Below are positions 47,463 to 61,961 of a DNA stretch of 64,000 nucleotides, piece after piece. Every line of letters starts with the position of its first letter. Positions within the stretch are counted from its first letter, which is position 1. The stretch covers positions 17,236,001-17,300,000 of the forward strand of contig JBHGNT010000011.1 of assembly GCA_043228905.1 (NCBI GenBank), given 5' to 3'. This DNA comes from Azolla caroliniana. Taxonomy: Eukaryota; Plantae; Polypodiophyta. The position numbers and the translations under genes are program-made. Under the pieces are notes generated by a model that was not told the origin of the DNA, did not search any database, and saw only the letters and a program-made list of their open reading frames with translations.

Positions 47463-47681
47463 CATATTATAGAAAGGTTCAAGGTTTGTATATAGATACA
47501 TATTATATTCAAATACATATTCTATTTTGATTCAGTGTTCGTTGAAGCTAGTTATATATATTATGTTCTTTAGTCAAATTCTCACGAAATTTGTGTTGTA
47601 GAATTGAAAGGAGCTACAACTGAAATGACCAATAAGTTGATTCCGGAGTTTGTGAGAAGGCAAAACTCAAATTTGGTGTAG
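42016..47681 (+). CDS. Shaggy/GSK3-like protein kinase, group III (ASK-theta/AtSK32-like), 12 exons, ~504 aa
   Basis: Exons 42016-42066, 42254-42604, 43651-43743, 43839-43898, 44055-44327, 44618-44692, 44815-44871, 45048-45239, 45397-45492, 46673-46756, 47275-47377, 47602-47681. All GT-AG and in frame (1515 nt). Motifs [47 protein letters not shown]. Confidence 0.96.
42335..42412 (+). repeat. (AAC)26 coding microsatellite giving poly-Asn
   Basis: 26 uninterrupted AAC codons in kinase exon 2. Confidence 0.95.
45663..45718. repeat. Perfect 24-bp inverted repeat (hairpin) in kinase intron 9
   Basis: ATTCAAACATAGATAACATCGAAA-8 nt-TTTCGATGTTATCTATGTTTGAAT. Confidence 0.9.
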
Positions 47682-48891
47682 AATGCTCTCAAGGACACAT
47701 GCTAAGCATGGAGAAAAAGCTTCACAGCAAATTGGCATTGACTCTGATATGGACAGACATGTTTGTTGCACATAGCTAAAGGAAGATGTATACACTACAT
47801 TGGATGCTTATGCTGTAATTTGCTCTCCTTGGAAGGTTCTTATTTGGTCATTTATCATGAGCAATGTGCAATTTCTCTTTGTTCCACATTCCATTTGTCA
47901 CACAACATACACGTAATAATATACACATCCACTATTGCATCCTTCTGGAGTAACACGATTGTATTTATCTTTCAGTTCGCAAACATTGGCAATACATACA
48001 ACTTATGCACATACTTGAAAAACATATTTTTGATGTAACATCATCACATTCAACATTTGGCTCCCAAACTACCGATTCATGATGTGTACATGCTTTCACG
48101 TTCCAGAGCATTTGGAGACTTATGATAATCTTAATATATAAATATGTATGTAGATAGATAGATATTTATCATAAGTGAAAAGACTTTGCAATTTGTAAAA
48201 TATAAACTTCGTGTAATCTTAATCTTAATAAATGGGTAAAAGAAGGAATGACAAAAGCATATAACAAAAGAAAGCATAGAGAAATAGGGAGGATGTTGAT
48301 ATTTTCATGTAGATAACTGACTAGCGAATAGTAATTGGCAATAGTTAGGTTCAAATGTAATTGAACCACTAAATTGTGCTTTAATGGCTTGACCAGTTTG
48401 ATTCAGGCATACATACTTGTGGATTTGTAAACAGTTTGGTTTGAATGGTTATTTTGGTTCAGTTAAGCCTTTATCAATTTAGTGGCTTAATGGCTTAAAT
48501 GGTTTAACAACTTAAATTGTATTATATGTAATTTGAACTTTAATAGCTTAATGTTTCTAGGGTGATATATAAGCTATGTAATATGTAATATGAAGTTTAA
48601 AATTTGATTCCTAACATTTGTTTTCGGTTATAGTTTTATTTTTTTATAAAGTTAAATAATAGACTATACAATCGTTAATAGTTTGTAGATCCCTTGAATA
48701 GTTTCTTTTGAGCTAGGAAAATCCTCAAATGGTTTGGTGTGAGTCGTTTGTGTTTACAGTTGAACACTGATCCTATTCCCTTGAACATTAACAACAAAAT
48801 GGTCACCTATATTCGTGGTGGGCCTAAATCCTCTTTCTATTTTATTAATTGTTTTTTGTTAGGTAGTGCAAGCTAAAAGGAGTGTGCTAGT

Positions 48892-50495
48892 GCGGATATA
48901 CATGCCAATTGTGTGGAATCCATTGATTAGAGATGTGGATGGGCTGATGATAGGCCAAAAAATAGGTTTCAAATGGGCTGAGTTAATCAATGCCCAAGGG
49001 AATGCATTAGTGGAGTGGGAGAGGTTTTTGTCCAATGAGGTGGGCACTCAAAAGGCTAGAATATGGAGAATAAGCAGGGGTAAAGGCATGCTCAAGAGAA
49101 TTACAGATGCCATTGCATGCTACAAGAATACATTGGAAGAGGAAGAAGTAACAACCTCTGAAATTGCGTGGACAGGTCTTATAGATGCTGAAAACTGTTT
49201 AATTGGCATTAAGGGAATGAAAGTAGAATCGAACGAGGTATGCTACTACAAACTAGAGCATGGAAGGGCAAGAGGTGAGCAACCAGTCTTTCGAAGAGAA
49301 AAGTCGATTAGGCTGATCGTAAAAACTGGCAAGAATATGATTATTGACCCTAAGCCAAGGGAGATCACACCGGCGACAGTGTGTTGGCCTATAGAAGGGC
49401 ATTTGGATCAGTTATCATGGGACCCAGCCAGGTATTTTTGGAGAACTCAAGGACAAACTGATGGGGAAAAGCTGGTTCAATTTTTCAGGTATAACACGAA
49501 GATTGGGAGGCAAATCCTTCTAGAACAAAAACATGACAAGGTTGCGGCAAGGAAATTTTGGATGCAGGAGGGCATAAGTGAAAGGAGACTAGATAAATTC
49601 TGGAAAATGATATGGCATGACAAATATGACCGCAAGATAATGATGTGTTTATGGCTTATTGCACATAGAGCCTTGCCAGTAGGGACGTGGGGTAAAGGCC
49701 CCAATGTAGACCCTCGATGTACTGCATGTGGACAGATAGAAAGCATCTCCCATTGTCTATGGGAATGTCGTGATGCAATGGCTGTATGGGGAAGGGCACT
49801 TCGTTTGCTTTGCCATGCCTCTAGTTTGTTCACCCTCAACTGGGGACATGCTTGTTGGATGTGTCTTGACGTTGATGTGGCGACATACGATAGCACATGC
49901 AATGCTAAGTACAGAGGGGAGAATGGCATTGTTCGGTTGATCCCTGACAACGGGGTACCTACAACTTGTGTACAGAATCAAAAACTTGAAGATCTTTGGA
50001 TGTTGCTTGCCCCCATTACTATATGGCATATATGGACAACAAGGTGTACCAGGGTATTTTCCGCACAAAAACGCCCTCCAGCTGAATCGATTAAGCTAAT
50101 TTGGCACACACTCATAACTACACTAAGAGCTCAATATGAGCGGATTAATGGTACTAATGATGCTGCAGACCTAATGAGGCTGAATTTTCGAAAAAGATGG
50201 TGTACGACACCAATGGCCGCAGCAAATGGAATGGATATACTATGGAAGTATGATGTACCCAGATGGTTGTTTACCCCTCCCATTAGTTGAACGAGGGGCG
50301 TGAAAGACATGGCAAGTGAGATAGTGAAGGTAGGTGATGTATCTGAAAGGATGGCTTGAGTCATATGTAAAAGTGTAAGATAAATAAGTGAGATCTCTCG
50401 TATGTAGGCTAGGATAATCTTGGCACGGCCTACCTGAGAAAGGGATCGTGTTCATGTATATTTTAACTAATGGAGTATATTCTTTTTTGTAAAAA
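48892..50495 (+). mobile_element. 5'-truncated L1-type LINE (ORF2 C-terminus with zf-RVT)
   Basis: 18-bp TSD TAAAAGGAGTGTGCTAGT (48874-48891, 50496-50513). Open frame to 50290 with CTACGQIESISHCLWEC and W.IW..R. A-rich end. Confidence 0.9.
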
Positions 50496-53398
50496 TAAAA
50501 GGAGTGTGCTAGTAGCCAAAGTATGGCTTATTAGGGCAATGAATCTACCTACCAAGAAAATGTACCTTTTGGATGTGACAGACCTTCCGTATCTAACAAG
50601 TCTCCATGGTCCCTATGTGGGGGTGTGGGGTACAATTTAGTCCTTAATTGTGCTTGAGGATAGTTTCACACATATGCATTGTGTGCAATTGTCCTCAGTC
50701 GGGTGTATGGTTGTGGTTTCATGAGGTAGAGCTTTTAGGTGTAGATTCGGAGTGCCACTTAACATGAGGTGATATCGAAGTGGTTAGTTGGAGGGGATTG
50801 ATGCGTGACTAGGTTTTTGCATGAGAAGTCTTTTTCCAACAAGGGTGGGATAGATGGGACGGGGACACTTACAAATAGATGGATGGACTGTTGGGCACAT
50901 TCGTGGCAGCATTGGTTGGGCACCCACTAAATTGTTTCCATCTCCCATCATATGAATGACACATATTTCTTGGTTATCCTCGTTGACGACGACTACTATG
51001 TCGGTGGGGACATGTTTGGCGATCTTTGAGCGTTTATTATGATGTTAAAGCATACTGTCATTCAATTCTCGACTATTCAATGTTGGGCTATGATTATAGC
51101 CATTATCTTAGTCTAGTACAAGATGCAAATGAGAGGTTTGTGTAGAATATATATATATAGCATTTGAACTGTCTTGTGTGGTTTGAAGCTGCCATTTGTA
51201 ATTTTGGGATTGGGCCTTTTATGGCTTACTTGAGCATTGCAATCATATATTTCTTGCAAAGCTGAATTAAAATGTTCACAAGAAGTTGATATAGTAAGTT
51301 AACGCACAAGAAATGAGGTCCAACAACATTTTAATAGGAAGAGATACTTAAATCTTGTTTTTCCAATAATTGCAAATGTCCAAACTTTAGTATGAGGGTG
51401 AAAACAACACAAAGGAGAAAAAATTGATGTGTATGTTTGGAGCATATTAGTTAGGGTTAGACAATCATGGAGAGAATATCAAAGTAATTGCATAAAGACC
51501 ACAATGTCTTTTTTAAACTACGATGATAGAAGGCTATATGGTTACGTGACTTAGATGTTGCTAAGGATGAATGCCACATGTCATTGAAATATTCCAAATT
51601 TGGAATCCTTGCCAATGAATTTGAAATTGGCGAAGATGAATATGGCTATTCATAAACCCTAATCTCATTATGCTCATGCAAAGATACTATTTAAGAGGTG
51701 AAGATGAATATGGCTATTGATAAAACCTAATTTCATTATGCCTATGCAAATATACTATTTAATACAATGAAAACCTACACTTGATATTGATGTCAGTGAC
51801 AATTACATGTTGATGTAGGAGTCTCGTGATGACTTGAATGCGTTAGTGTCAAGCCATTGATATATGGATGCATTTTGGCCAAAATAATATTCTCAAAGCA
51901 TGAAAATTGTATGTTTTCATGACATTGACAAAATGACAAGTGGGTCTGACTTAGTGCTTGTTGAGCATTATGGATCAAAAGGTTTTCTATGGCCATCAAG
52001 ATAATTCTCTTAGACCTTTGTTACTACATTGGAATGAATATTAAGGAATGGTTGAATTTCATCTAAGTTGAATATTCATATGTAATTTTGTAAAGTCTTT
52101 AGTTTCATTATTCTTTTGGCCTTAATACTTCTTTAAGAAAATATGTTTCATATCTTGACCTAGTGGTTATTTATTTATCATCGAAATAGTGGAAATATAA
52201 ATAAGCAATGAAATAGTGGAAATATAAATGTTGATTTATAGCATGGGATAACTAATGATGATGGTTGCATACAATGTGACGTAAGAGTCCCTACAGCCAA
52301 TGAACTAGGAATCATGATGTTTTTGTCTCAATTTATAGTAAGTAGGTTTTTACTATTACACACCTCAATATGATTGTTGGCATATGATTCACCGACGTGA
52401 AGAACTCAAGGGCAAGGTTTGGTTTGCCTAACAAAAAAGGAACATGTAAACCAAAAGCAAGCAAGGAATCTATATTGGCAAGTGAACAATGTTTGTATGG
52501 AATCTTATAAACCTTTATGGTGATAAGATTTTAATTTAGTTTCAGCAAGAAACACCATGGAGAAGTATGCAAAAAATATGAAGAAGCTATGATAAATTGT
52601 CTTGAGCGTCAATTAACACATTAATGAAAAGTTGTATCTCATTGTTGGGACGTCGAAATCAATTTTTAAATGACCCCAAAGCGCACATGGATCCACATGT
52701 TGGCCTCATACAGAGGAAGGTTTCTATGAAGATAATGTTGCTACATAATAAATATATGGTTGGTTGTATTGTGAGCATAGGTAGGGGGTGCCAAAACTAT
52801 CTAAGTCGTGTGCCCTTAGGTATGAGATATGCACATGTTTAGACAATTCGATCTAGGGTTTACATAAACCTACCTATAATAACACGAGCAAGCATGTGTT
52901 GCTCACATTCGACTAATCCTACCTACTCTTTAATATAATGCATATATTTAGTCAATGAAGAGGGATCACAAAAAATCATGTGCAAGACAAGGGGCCCCTA
53001 ATGCCATCATTTTCGGTCTTTTTGGTGGCTTTAGTTATGTTGATATAAAACATGCATTATTTTGAGGGAGCAACTTCATGTATTGGCCTCCACATAGTTG
53101 TCTCGATAATAAAATGACAAACATAATCATTGTTGTGACACAAGGTATGGGTATCCATGAGAAATGTGGATCAAGTAGAGGGTTCATACTCCACTATATA
53201 TATGTATTGTGCATTGAAGGTTTATTAGAAAATTCCTTAAACAAAACATTTCCTTTCTTTGTTTAATCATTTAAATGGTATTGTCTTGTACATAAAGTAA
53301 TACCAAAGGTGGGTTTTCGAAACCATTTTTTCGTTGAACCATGCGTTATACTTAAAATTTATTTGTGGCCATTGACTTATATAAGACTACATGTATAG

Positions 53399-53578
53399 TT
53401 CTGGTACAAATAACTAGGTTATTGGAGTTGTTTGGATACGTTTGTTGAAAATGAGGTGGGGACTATGTCCGCTTTGGTGGGAAGGCTAGAGTGAGGGCTG
53501 TTGAGAGGAATTTTGAGAGTTCTATGATGTAATTTTGTTTGCTAACTAATGCGAAGTAGTGATTTTTTGGAAAAAAAA
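53399..53578 (+). mobile_element. Short poly(A)-tailed retroposed insert (LINE 3' end or SINE)
   Basis: 16-bp TSD AAGACTACATGTATAG (53383-53398, 53579-53594) and an A-tail. Confidence 0.8.
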
Positions 53579-53949
53579 AAGACTACATGTATAGAGCTAA
53601 GTTGTAATGTTAACTTCGTTATATTGATACGTTAGTGTGTTTTCCATTCTTATGTAGAAACGATCTTGATGGCAATTCAAAGGCATATATTAATGGTCTC
53701 CATGGTGAAGATTTGTTTTGATTGTCATAAACCTCATATTTTGTAGATGTTTTTTGTTTTTTGAATTTTTATCGTCGTTCTGTGCATTTTATAAGAATAA
53801 TCAAACCCATCGACATTGTCTTTGTGATTTCCTTAGTAAACTTATACTATATGACCGCTAGTAATCTCTCTTTCTTTCTTGGTCTCTTCCATTTTCTTAT
53901 CATTCCAATTTTGACAAGTTATGGATTGAATAAAAAAGCACTACAAGCC

Positions 53950-54750
53950 CTACATTATTCAAAAAGGGGAAATCATCGAGAAAGAGAAAACTTACAATTT
54001 TTAAAACTATAATTATTATCGAGCTTGGGCCAAAAAATATCAAAAAACGAGGTGAACAGCTGTGGGCACTCATAATGGAGAATGAGAAATTGAAAAGTTC
54101 TTTACGCATCTCAAAACAATAATGGGAACAAGTTGTTTATGAAGAGAAACAATGTAAACATTTTCCATTTAGAGGTAAATGAAGTGAACCAAATTGAGAA
54201 ATTCGACACCATGAGACAAGATGGAGGTGAGGTGAAGAATTATATGTTCATAAAGTCATGGGTTCCAGATATATGTAATGGTAATGTCATTTCCAAATCC
54301 CCTATCATGCAAGTTATGGTTGAAACAAGGATTGTTGAGAATGTAGATGCACAAGAATTGAAGGAACAAGAAAGGTGTTCCAAGAATGTTGTTATTCATG
54401 GAATTATGGAAGAGATTCAAAACACCTACATTCCTTGGAAATGCTATTGATGAGTTCCTTAGTACCCTCTATGGCATGCCCAAAGTCAATGTTAAGGCAC
54501 ATAAAATTGGGGAACAATGCACCTCTCACTCTAGACGGACCAATTGTATGTTGCACCATGGCCAATGAAACATAGAAGGATCTTTCTTGAGCATTGTTGG
54601 ATCTACTTCAAGGTACACAATAATATGTGAAGATCATATCCTTCCATAGCAAAATTCTTGTTAAAAAGCATATGAGGAGAAAAAAAAAGAATGTTTGAGG
54701 TGCAAGAGGAGGGAAAATGCATAAACAAATAGGAACACATAACCAATGGT
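53950..54750 (+). pseudogene. Highly decayed LINE ORF1-like remnant
   Basis: Fragment ELKEQERCSKNVVIHGIMEE resembles the R..N.V..G..E motif of LINE ORF1p. Many stops. Confidence 0.45.
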
Positions 54751-55560
54751 ACTAAGGCACATCTATGATTGCGGCAATTGCATAGATGGGTTAACAAATG
54801 GGTCGATATCCCAACAAATGAGATGATAATTTGATCTACTTCCTCCGCCCCCCTCGCTAACGTGAAGTGCAAGTTGAACCCCATTTCAGTAATTGACAAC
54901 ACAAACATAAATAAAATGAAACCCTTTAAACTCAAACTAATTTGTGAGTCTCAAACTCAAATTGTTTTAGAATATTGAAACATAAACATATTAAATATAA
55001 AGAAACCCTTTAAACCAAACCATTTGAGTTATTCTCAAACCTCAATTGTGCCATTTACTTCAAACCATTAACCATTAGTGGATAACAATGTATGTGTGTG
55101 TGTGGATGGGTGGGGTTACAAAACCATGTGTTTGGTCAACTTAGCACAATCAATGGCTTTCTCCTAAAAACTCACTGTCAACCCCATTTTTGAAAGTCTC
55201 CTTCCACCAATGACCAACTTAATGCAACACAACCCTAACGTCAACCCAAGCAAACACTAGAAGCTCCCATGTGACACAAAATTTTGGAAACTGTTACTTT
55301 ATTTCATACTATGATTGTTGTTAAAATAGGGTTGGCACTTTGAGAGATCAACATTTCTACCGACTGCCATTTTTTAATTCGATCATGTAAGGATCGTGAT
55401 AACAAAAATTATAGAGAGGGAAAAAGAGAAGGTACACATACCCATGATCCATGAGCTTACATAAGGAGGGTTGGATTTTTCTTTATACAAGAGATTAATC
55501 CATACCAACAAACTTAGTATGAGTACATAGACATTCTTCTAATAATAAGCTCAAATGTGG

Positions 55561-55670
55561 ATGAATAATAACATCATTATGAAGAAAATTCTTCTCTTTG
55601 CTTTCATACTATTAATCACTGTGCAACTCACTGAGTCGGCTAGAAACATAAAACTTGATTGGAAGGTATT

Positions 55671-55704
<34 letters not shown>

Positions 55705-58700
55705 CCAACACACTTTATTTAAGTTTTTCTTATTGTGATTAAAAATGAAATTGCCAATTTTCAAGTCATTTCTAGTCCTTATCAAATTATAAATGTCGAT
55801 CGCAATCCTCGTAAAATCTTAATGTCACGAAGTTTAGAGCTCAATGTTTGTAATGTCTAGTGACTCAACCTTAATGTTCGTAATGTCTAGTGACTAAACC
55901 TTAATGTTTGTAATGTCTGGTGGTGACTGGACCTTAATGTTTGTAAAATCTACATATGAATGTTTGTTGTTTTGGTTTGTTAACATTTGTTAATGATGGG
56001 GATGAATGTGTGTTGGTAGATTCAATACACGAATGTCACTCGCCTCTGCCATACGAAATCTGCTGTCACTGTTAACGGACAATTTCCCGGTCCATCGGTC
56101 TACTTGACAGAGGGTGACACTGTGATCGTTAAGGTGACTAACCTAGTGTCCGAAAATATCACTATCCATTGGTAAATGTTTCTCCTTATAGTCCATAGAC
56201 TCACATTGTAACATAAATAGTTTATAATTATTATTATTATCATGCATTCATTTCTAGCCATTGTTTTTCATAGTTTACATGTTTTATCTGTTTTAATTAT
56301 CATTTCTTAGTTTTTTTTTCCCTTAATAGGCAATTAAAATGCGTGAGTGCCTAAATATTAAATCACACTCTATCCAACCAGTGGATAATTTATGGGAGAA
56401 TAAAATACATATTTTGCTCAATTATGGTCGTCAAAGTTTCAAGAAAGTAAATTTGGGAAGTGACTAATTTCATTACATGTCATGCACATTTGGTAGATTT
56501 ATATCACAACTTGCATACAAGCGAGAGATTGTAATTTCAATTAGCAGACATTAACTGGGCATATTTCTTTATGTTTTGGTAATCAGGCATGGTGTGCAGC
56601 AGATCTTATCGGCATGGGCAGATGGACCCTCCTACATAACACAATGTCCAATACAAACAGGTGCTTCATACACATATAAGTTCAAAGTGGTGGAACAAAG
56701 GGGAACTCTATTTTGGCATGCCCACATAAGTTGGTTGAGGTCAACATTGCACGGTGCATTCATCATTCGTCCAAATAAGCGTATTAACGAATCACCTTAT
56801 ATCCCACATAATGCTCGAGAAGTTAGTCCTATCATTCTAGGTGAGTCTTTGATCCAAAAACCATCATACCTTTGGTTAATTTACCAACATGTATGCCATA
56901 AGGTATAATGTCTATTATTGATAAACTGTTTTAAAAAAGGTGAATGGTGGAATTCAAACACTGAGGATGTAATAGCGCAAGCTACAGCGACCGGAGGACG
57001 ATACAATTCATCGGATGCATATACAATTAACGGTCAACCCGGGGCACTGTATAATTGTTCTTTGGAAGGTAAATATCCATGTTGTGAATCATGTGACCAA
57101 TAAGACAATTTCATGAGAAGTTGTAGGGCCACATTTTTCCCATGTGGGGAGGACACCAATGGCATTAATGTTTCCTTACAACATTAGGTGGTTCTCTACG
57201 CGAACTGGAAGTGGAGCATGCTTGGCTAGGTATTGTGGGTGGCTAAGGGGTTTTCCCCCCCTAGATCACCTAGCTACCAAGTATGTGCTTCTCGCACCAA
57301 AAGAACCTTATAAACAATTAGGTCCTTAGCTTGCAAAGTAGGAATCACAATGGGAAAAATGTCAAGAAAGAAAAACTCTAATATATTAATGGCTTCAGAC
57401 TCATAGTGTTATGAAAATTGCCAATGTATATAGGTACACATGTGGTCGAAGTTCAAAAGGGCCGGACATATCTACTCCGAATTATCAATGCCGCCATCAA
57501 CACACACCTCTTCTTTGGGGTAGCCAACCATACACTCACAGTGGTGGAGCGTGATGCCGTGTATGTGCAACCCTTTCAAACGAATGTCATCGTATTATCA
57601 CCGGGAGAAACGGTAAATGTGCTCTTGAAAGCGAAGAAATATTATGCGGGAAGCTTCGCGATTGCCGCGAATGTATACCAACCCCAATCTAGAATAAGGG
57701 CCGGGAATGTCCCCGCGACCGCGATTCTCTACTACCGACAGAGTGGCCCCATAAACACCGCCATCAATACGAGCCTTGTCCCATTGCCCGACTTCCCCGT
57801 CTCCACCAATGCAACCTTCGAGAACGAGTTCATCGCGCGCTTAAAGAGCCTGCCCGGACAGCACGTGATACCACAAACTGTGGACGAGAATTTGTTTTTC
57901 ACCGTCGGCTACGCGCTCCAAAATTGTAGCGATTGTCCGCGTAGCTTCAGCCCCGGAATTCGCATGGGAACAGCCTTGAGCAACTATGGATTTGTCCACC
58001 CCGTAACTAACTCGATCCTACAAGCCTATTTGGGCAATGTGTCCAATGTCTATGACCCCAACTTTCCCGATGTTCCGGAAGCTCAATATAACTATACATC
58101 TTCAAGGACCAACTTTGCAACCATGGCCACCAAGGTCAAGGTCTTGAACTACGGTGCCAATGTGCAAATAGTTTTACAAGACACTGGCTCACTCTTCTTT
58201 GAAAGCCACCCTATGCATCTCCATGGACAAAACTTTTTCATTGTTGGACACAATACGGGAACATATGACCCCTTAACGGATCCAGCGTCTTTTAACCTAG
58301 TCGACCCTCCGTCCGTCAACACTGTCTCTGTTCCTTTCGGTGGTTGGACCGCAATCCGCTTCCAAGCTCTCAACCCAGGTAAGGCCAAAGTCCCTTTTAA
58401 GTATATTTCGTAGTAATTTTACTAACACAAGGTATATGGAGTGAAACCTACTCGCAAAACATAGTTTGATGGATAGTATGCTCCAAAAGAAAAGATTGGG
58501 ACATTGTCCATGAATAGTATTTAAATTCAAACATACAAAATTGTGTGTGACTACTAACTAGTAAAAAACATGAATTCATGAAGGCTTGGTTTATGAATTG
58601 TGGGTGTGTCTTCTTCTACACCTGCCAATGCCCCATGTTTGTATGGCCAAACATGGCAGACCATGCTGATTACATGTGCACCCTTCCCAATGACCGACTG

Positions 58701-59062
58701 ACTATATTGGACCCAAGTGTGCTTAACTATTCTGTTGACTTCAAAGGGCCAATTATGGCAACTTTTAAGATTTATATGACATCACATTAATCATCTTATC
58801 TAAAACTTCAATCAAAGAGCTTGGCAATTGGCCATGTGCTATTCTAATGATGTTCACTTATAAATTTTCTCCTAAGCATTCATCTTCATGTGCAATTCTG
58901 GCTAAACATGGTGTTTGTTTATCATGTACAGGTGCATGGTTTTTCCATTGCCACATAGAAATACATGTGTCCCTTGGCATGTCCATGGCATTCATCACAA
59001 AGAATGGGAATCAACCAGGGCAAATCTTGGGCCCTCCTCCTCTGGATCTTCCAGTTTGTTGA
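55561..59062 (+). CDS. Laccase (secreted multicopper oxidase), 6 exons, ~571 aa
   Basis: Exons 55561-55665, 56020-56171, 56587-56840, 56940-57068, 57434-58378, 58932-59062 (1716 nt, in frame). Signal peptide. Cu motifs HWHG, WHAH, HPMHLHG, HCHIEIH. C-terminal PPLDLPVC. Alternative start at 55579. Confidence 0.95.
55818..55948. repeat. ~30-bp minisatellite in laccase intron 1
   Basis: CTTAATGTTYGTAATGTCTAGTGACT-like unit, about 4 copies. Confidence 0.75.
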
Positions 59063-61961
59063 GTTCTTCACTAAAAAAAAGCATTGCGCAATGAAAGGAT
59101 CCAATATATGTTAGCAATAAACATGTAAATGAAGACAATGATCTTATGAGCACTAAGTGACTTCAACATTCATGATATCGATCTATTGTTTGGGAATTGT
59201 CAATTTTAGCATTTATAAATGGAAGAAAAGTCTAAATGGCATTTTTTAAAAAGGGTTTGAGCTAGATCATGTATGACTATCATTATCAAGGAGTTAGATC
59301 ATGTACGACTATCATAACAAGATGTTAACAAATACTTTGTTCATGGAAAATTTGAATAGATTAGATATTAATTTCTACAAATTTTAAAGAATAATAATAT
59401 CATATAGCAAAATGTGTCAATTATTTCCATCATGCAATAGCCCTATGTGGGATAAATGAAAGCACATAATAAGCTAGGAATTCAAGCATTAGATAATTTT
59501 AAACCAATGACATAACTTACTACAAAACAAGCTAGATATTCCATTGGTCACTATTGGGTAAAAATGAAGATTATGTTTCATCCTTGGTTTAATTTATATG
59601 AATTATCCATTGTTCTTTCATCAAAACAATACTTTGGTATAGCGTGGTTTCCTATTCTCATTGTCACGTGAAGCCACTATTAAATATCAATATATGCTTG
59701 AAAATGTTCATCAAGGAGTACATTTATTGCTTTCCATGTTGAAGACGTTTTTGTGAGTCAGAACATAGAATTATAAAATATGAATGCAAATTAATTTCAT
59801 AGGGAAATTTGAATTGCTAGAAATAAACCAAATTGTACATTGACTCTCCTAAAGGTTAGCTATTCAAAAATCACATGGCTTGGCCCCATTCACATGGCAA
59901 CTATTCTAGTTTTACATCTTTGTCATTGCTATATCATTGTCTAGACGAAAGTTTTTAACCATTTGTAACAATATCACATTTCGATGCTATCTTGACCCTT
60001 GAATTAGACTTCACGATGAACGAGCCTTCAAAGTGACTACATGTCACACTTTATGGCTATTCTATTCTATATTATGTGATTGAGACAATCTTTCGCCAAA
60101 TGTAATATCCATAACCTATTGCAAGATTAATTTCTATAGCATGATCTTTATGTATACTAGTACAAATCCGTAATTTTTTTACTTTCTTTTAGTTTTTGTC
60201 TGCATACATCACAAGTTAGTGCAAGAAATAAAAACGTAAACTGGAGGTTATAATGAACATCGTGGTTCCTCTGATGTCCCACGCTATAAAACACTAAGAA
60301 CAAAATGTTTTCAAATAGAAAGCCCACTAAATTAATATTTCTAATAAGAAGTAATTACCTCTAAATGAAGGTTTACCTCTCATTGAAGTGAACTATTCCA
60401 CTTTGTGCATCAATCCATATAAAACATATGACGATTCTATGTGGATAATGGTATGTATTGGAGTATATAATTGAATGTCATTGATGAATACGCTAAAATA
60501 ATTATAATACATCAAATTGAGTAATCATCTAATCTCGTGGCTAACATTCACATAGTCAAATCTTAGTAACCAATGGGTTTAAGCCCATGCCTCAAAGCCA
60601 ATAAGATGTTTATAAGCAAAATATAAAGTGGTAATAAATGGTAGACCTTGCATGACTTGGAGAGAGTGTTTATGGGAAAGTAGAGACCTAAATTTGTTAT
60701 GGCCATGGTTTAATTGTAATAACAAGATATTCCTTATCAACCGACAATATTTTCTAAATTTAGTGTATTAAACCTTCTCTAAATTTAGTGTACTAAACCT
60801 AAATAAAGAAAAACCACAAAAGGGTCATGTGAATACTATGTAGGTTACCTAGAAAATGATCATCCCTGCAAACCTAGGTATGAGAAGATGAAATGATTTA
60901 CAAAACAATCAATCACTTTGAGGGTGAGTATATGTGGCCAAGTGTTTATCTTCATTGAAATTGATGTACTCATATGGGGTCCATATAAAGTAGTAACAAG
61001 TGATGTTACAAATACAAACACCCTAGGTTAAGGCAAAAGGACATCCCCAAGATGACTATCTACTTATAGATTTAAAATTGTTTGTTGGAGAACATTGTGT
61101 GTGTGTTCATTGTTGTACATTCCTTTGTATCATGTAGCAATTGTTTGAGTTCTTATGAGCTGCCCATTATTGGGGAGCATCCTTGTAATATATGGTCATT
61201 GAAATACAAACACTCATCTTATTGTATTTTGTATTTCTATCATGTTCTTTAGTCGCTTTTCATTGAATAGGTTATGTGGATATTTTTAACATACCCTAGA
61301 GAAAATATCGGGGTTCAATATTCCACGCTTATAGAGTCTAATACATACACTAGACAAAATATTGACGAACAATTCACAAATGAGCACATGGTGGGAGCAA
61401 GAGCCTCCATAAATAATATTCAAGAACATGCAATCATAAATATATCGCTTCCTCTAACGAGATCAATTTTTTGTTATTAATTTGTTTAGATGGAATTATC
61501 TTTTCAAGCATATTTAATTCCTTGCTCAAAAGCCTACATGTGTTATATAAGTATATTTCATGTTATCGTTAACCAAACAATCAAAACCAAATTAATATAC
61601 AAAATTACATGCTATCCGGACTCTGATATAATAATGCAAAGACAATACTTCCGACATAGAAGGATTGAACTTCAAAAAGTGGTGTGAGCAAAGGACTCTG
61701 TTTAGGGCTTTTTTCTGCGGTCGACAATCCTACCAATGGAATTTCTCCAAGACCAAGAAGCTTGGAAATGTTCTCATCTTACTAGTCTGGATCTGTTCTC
61801 ATTTGAGTAGTCGCTACTACCACCAAGCTCTATACTGAAGATCATTTTACACCCATGCCCTCCTCAACCATTTGATGCTCTATAAGTCGTTGAAGTTAAG
61901 ATTCTCACTAATAGGTATGCTTTACATTATCATCATATTTGAAAATAGAATCAAACTTAAC

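Noticed and set aside
50520-53300. Possible old TE remnants and short duplications (e.g. 68-bp repeat at ~51632-51760)
   Set aside because: Too degenerate to classify, with no diagnostic motif.
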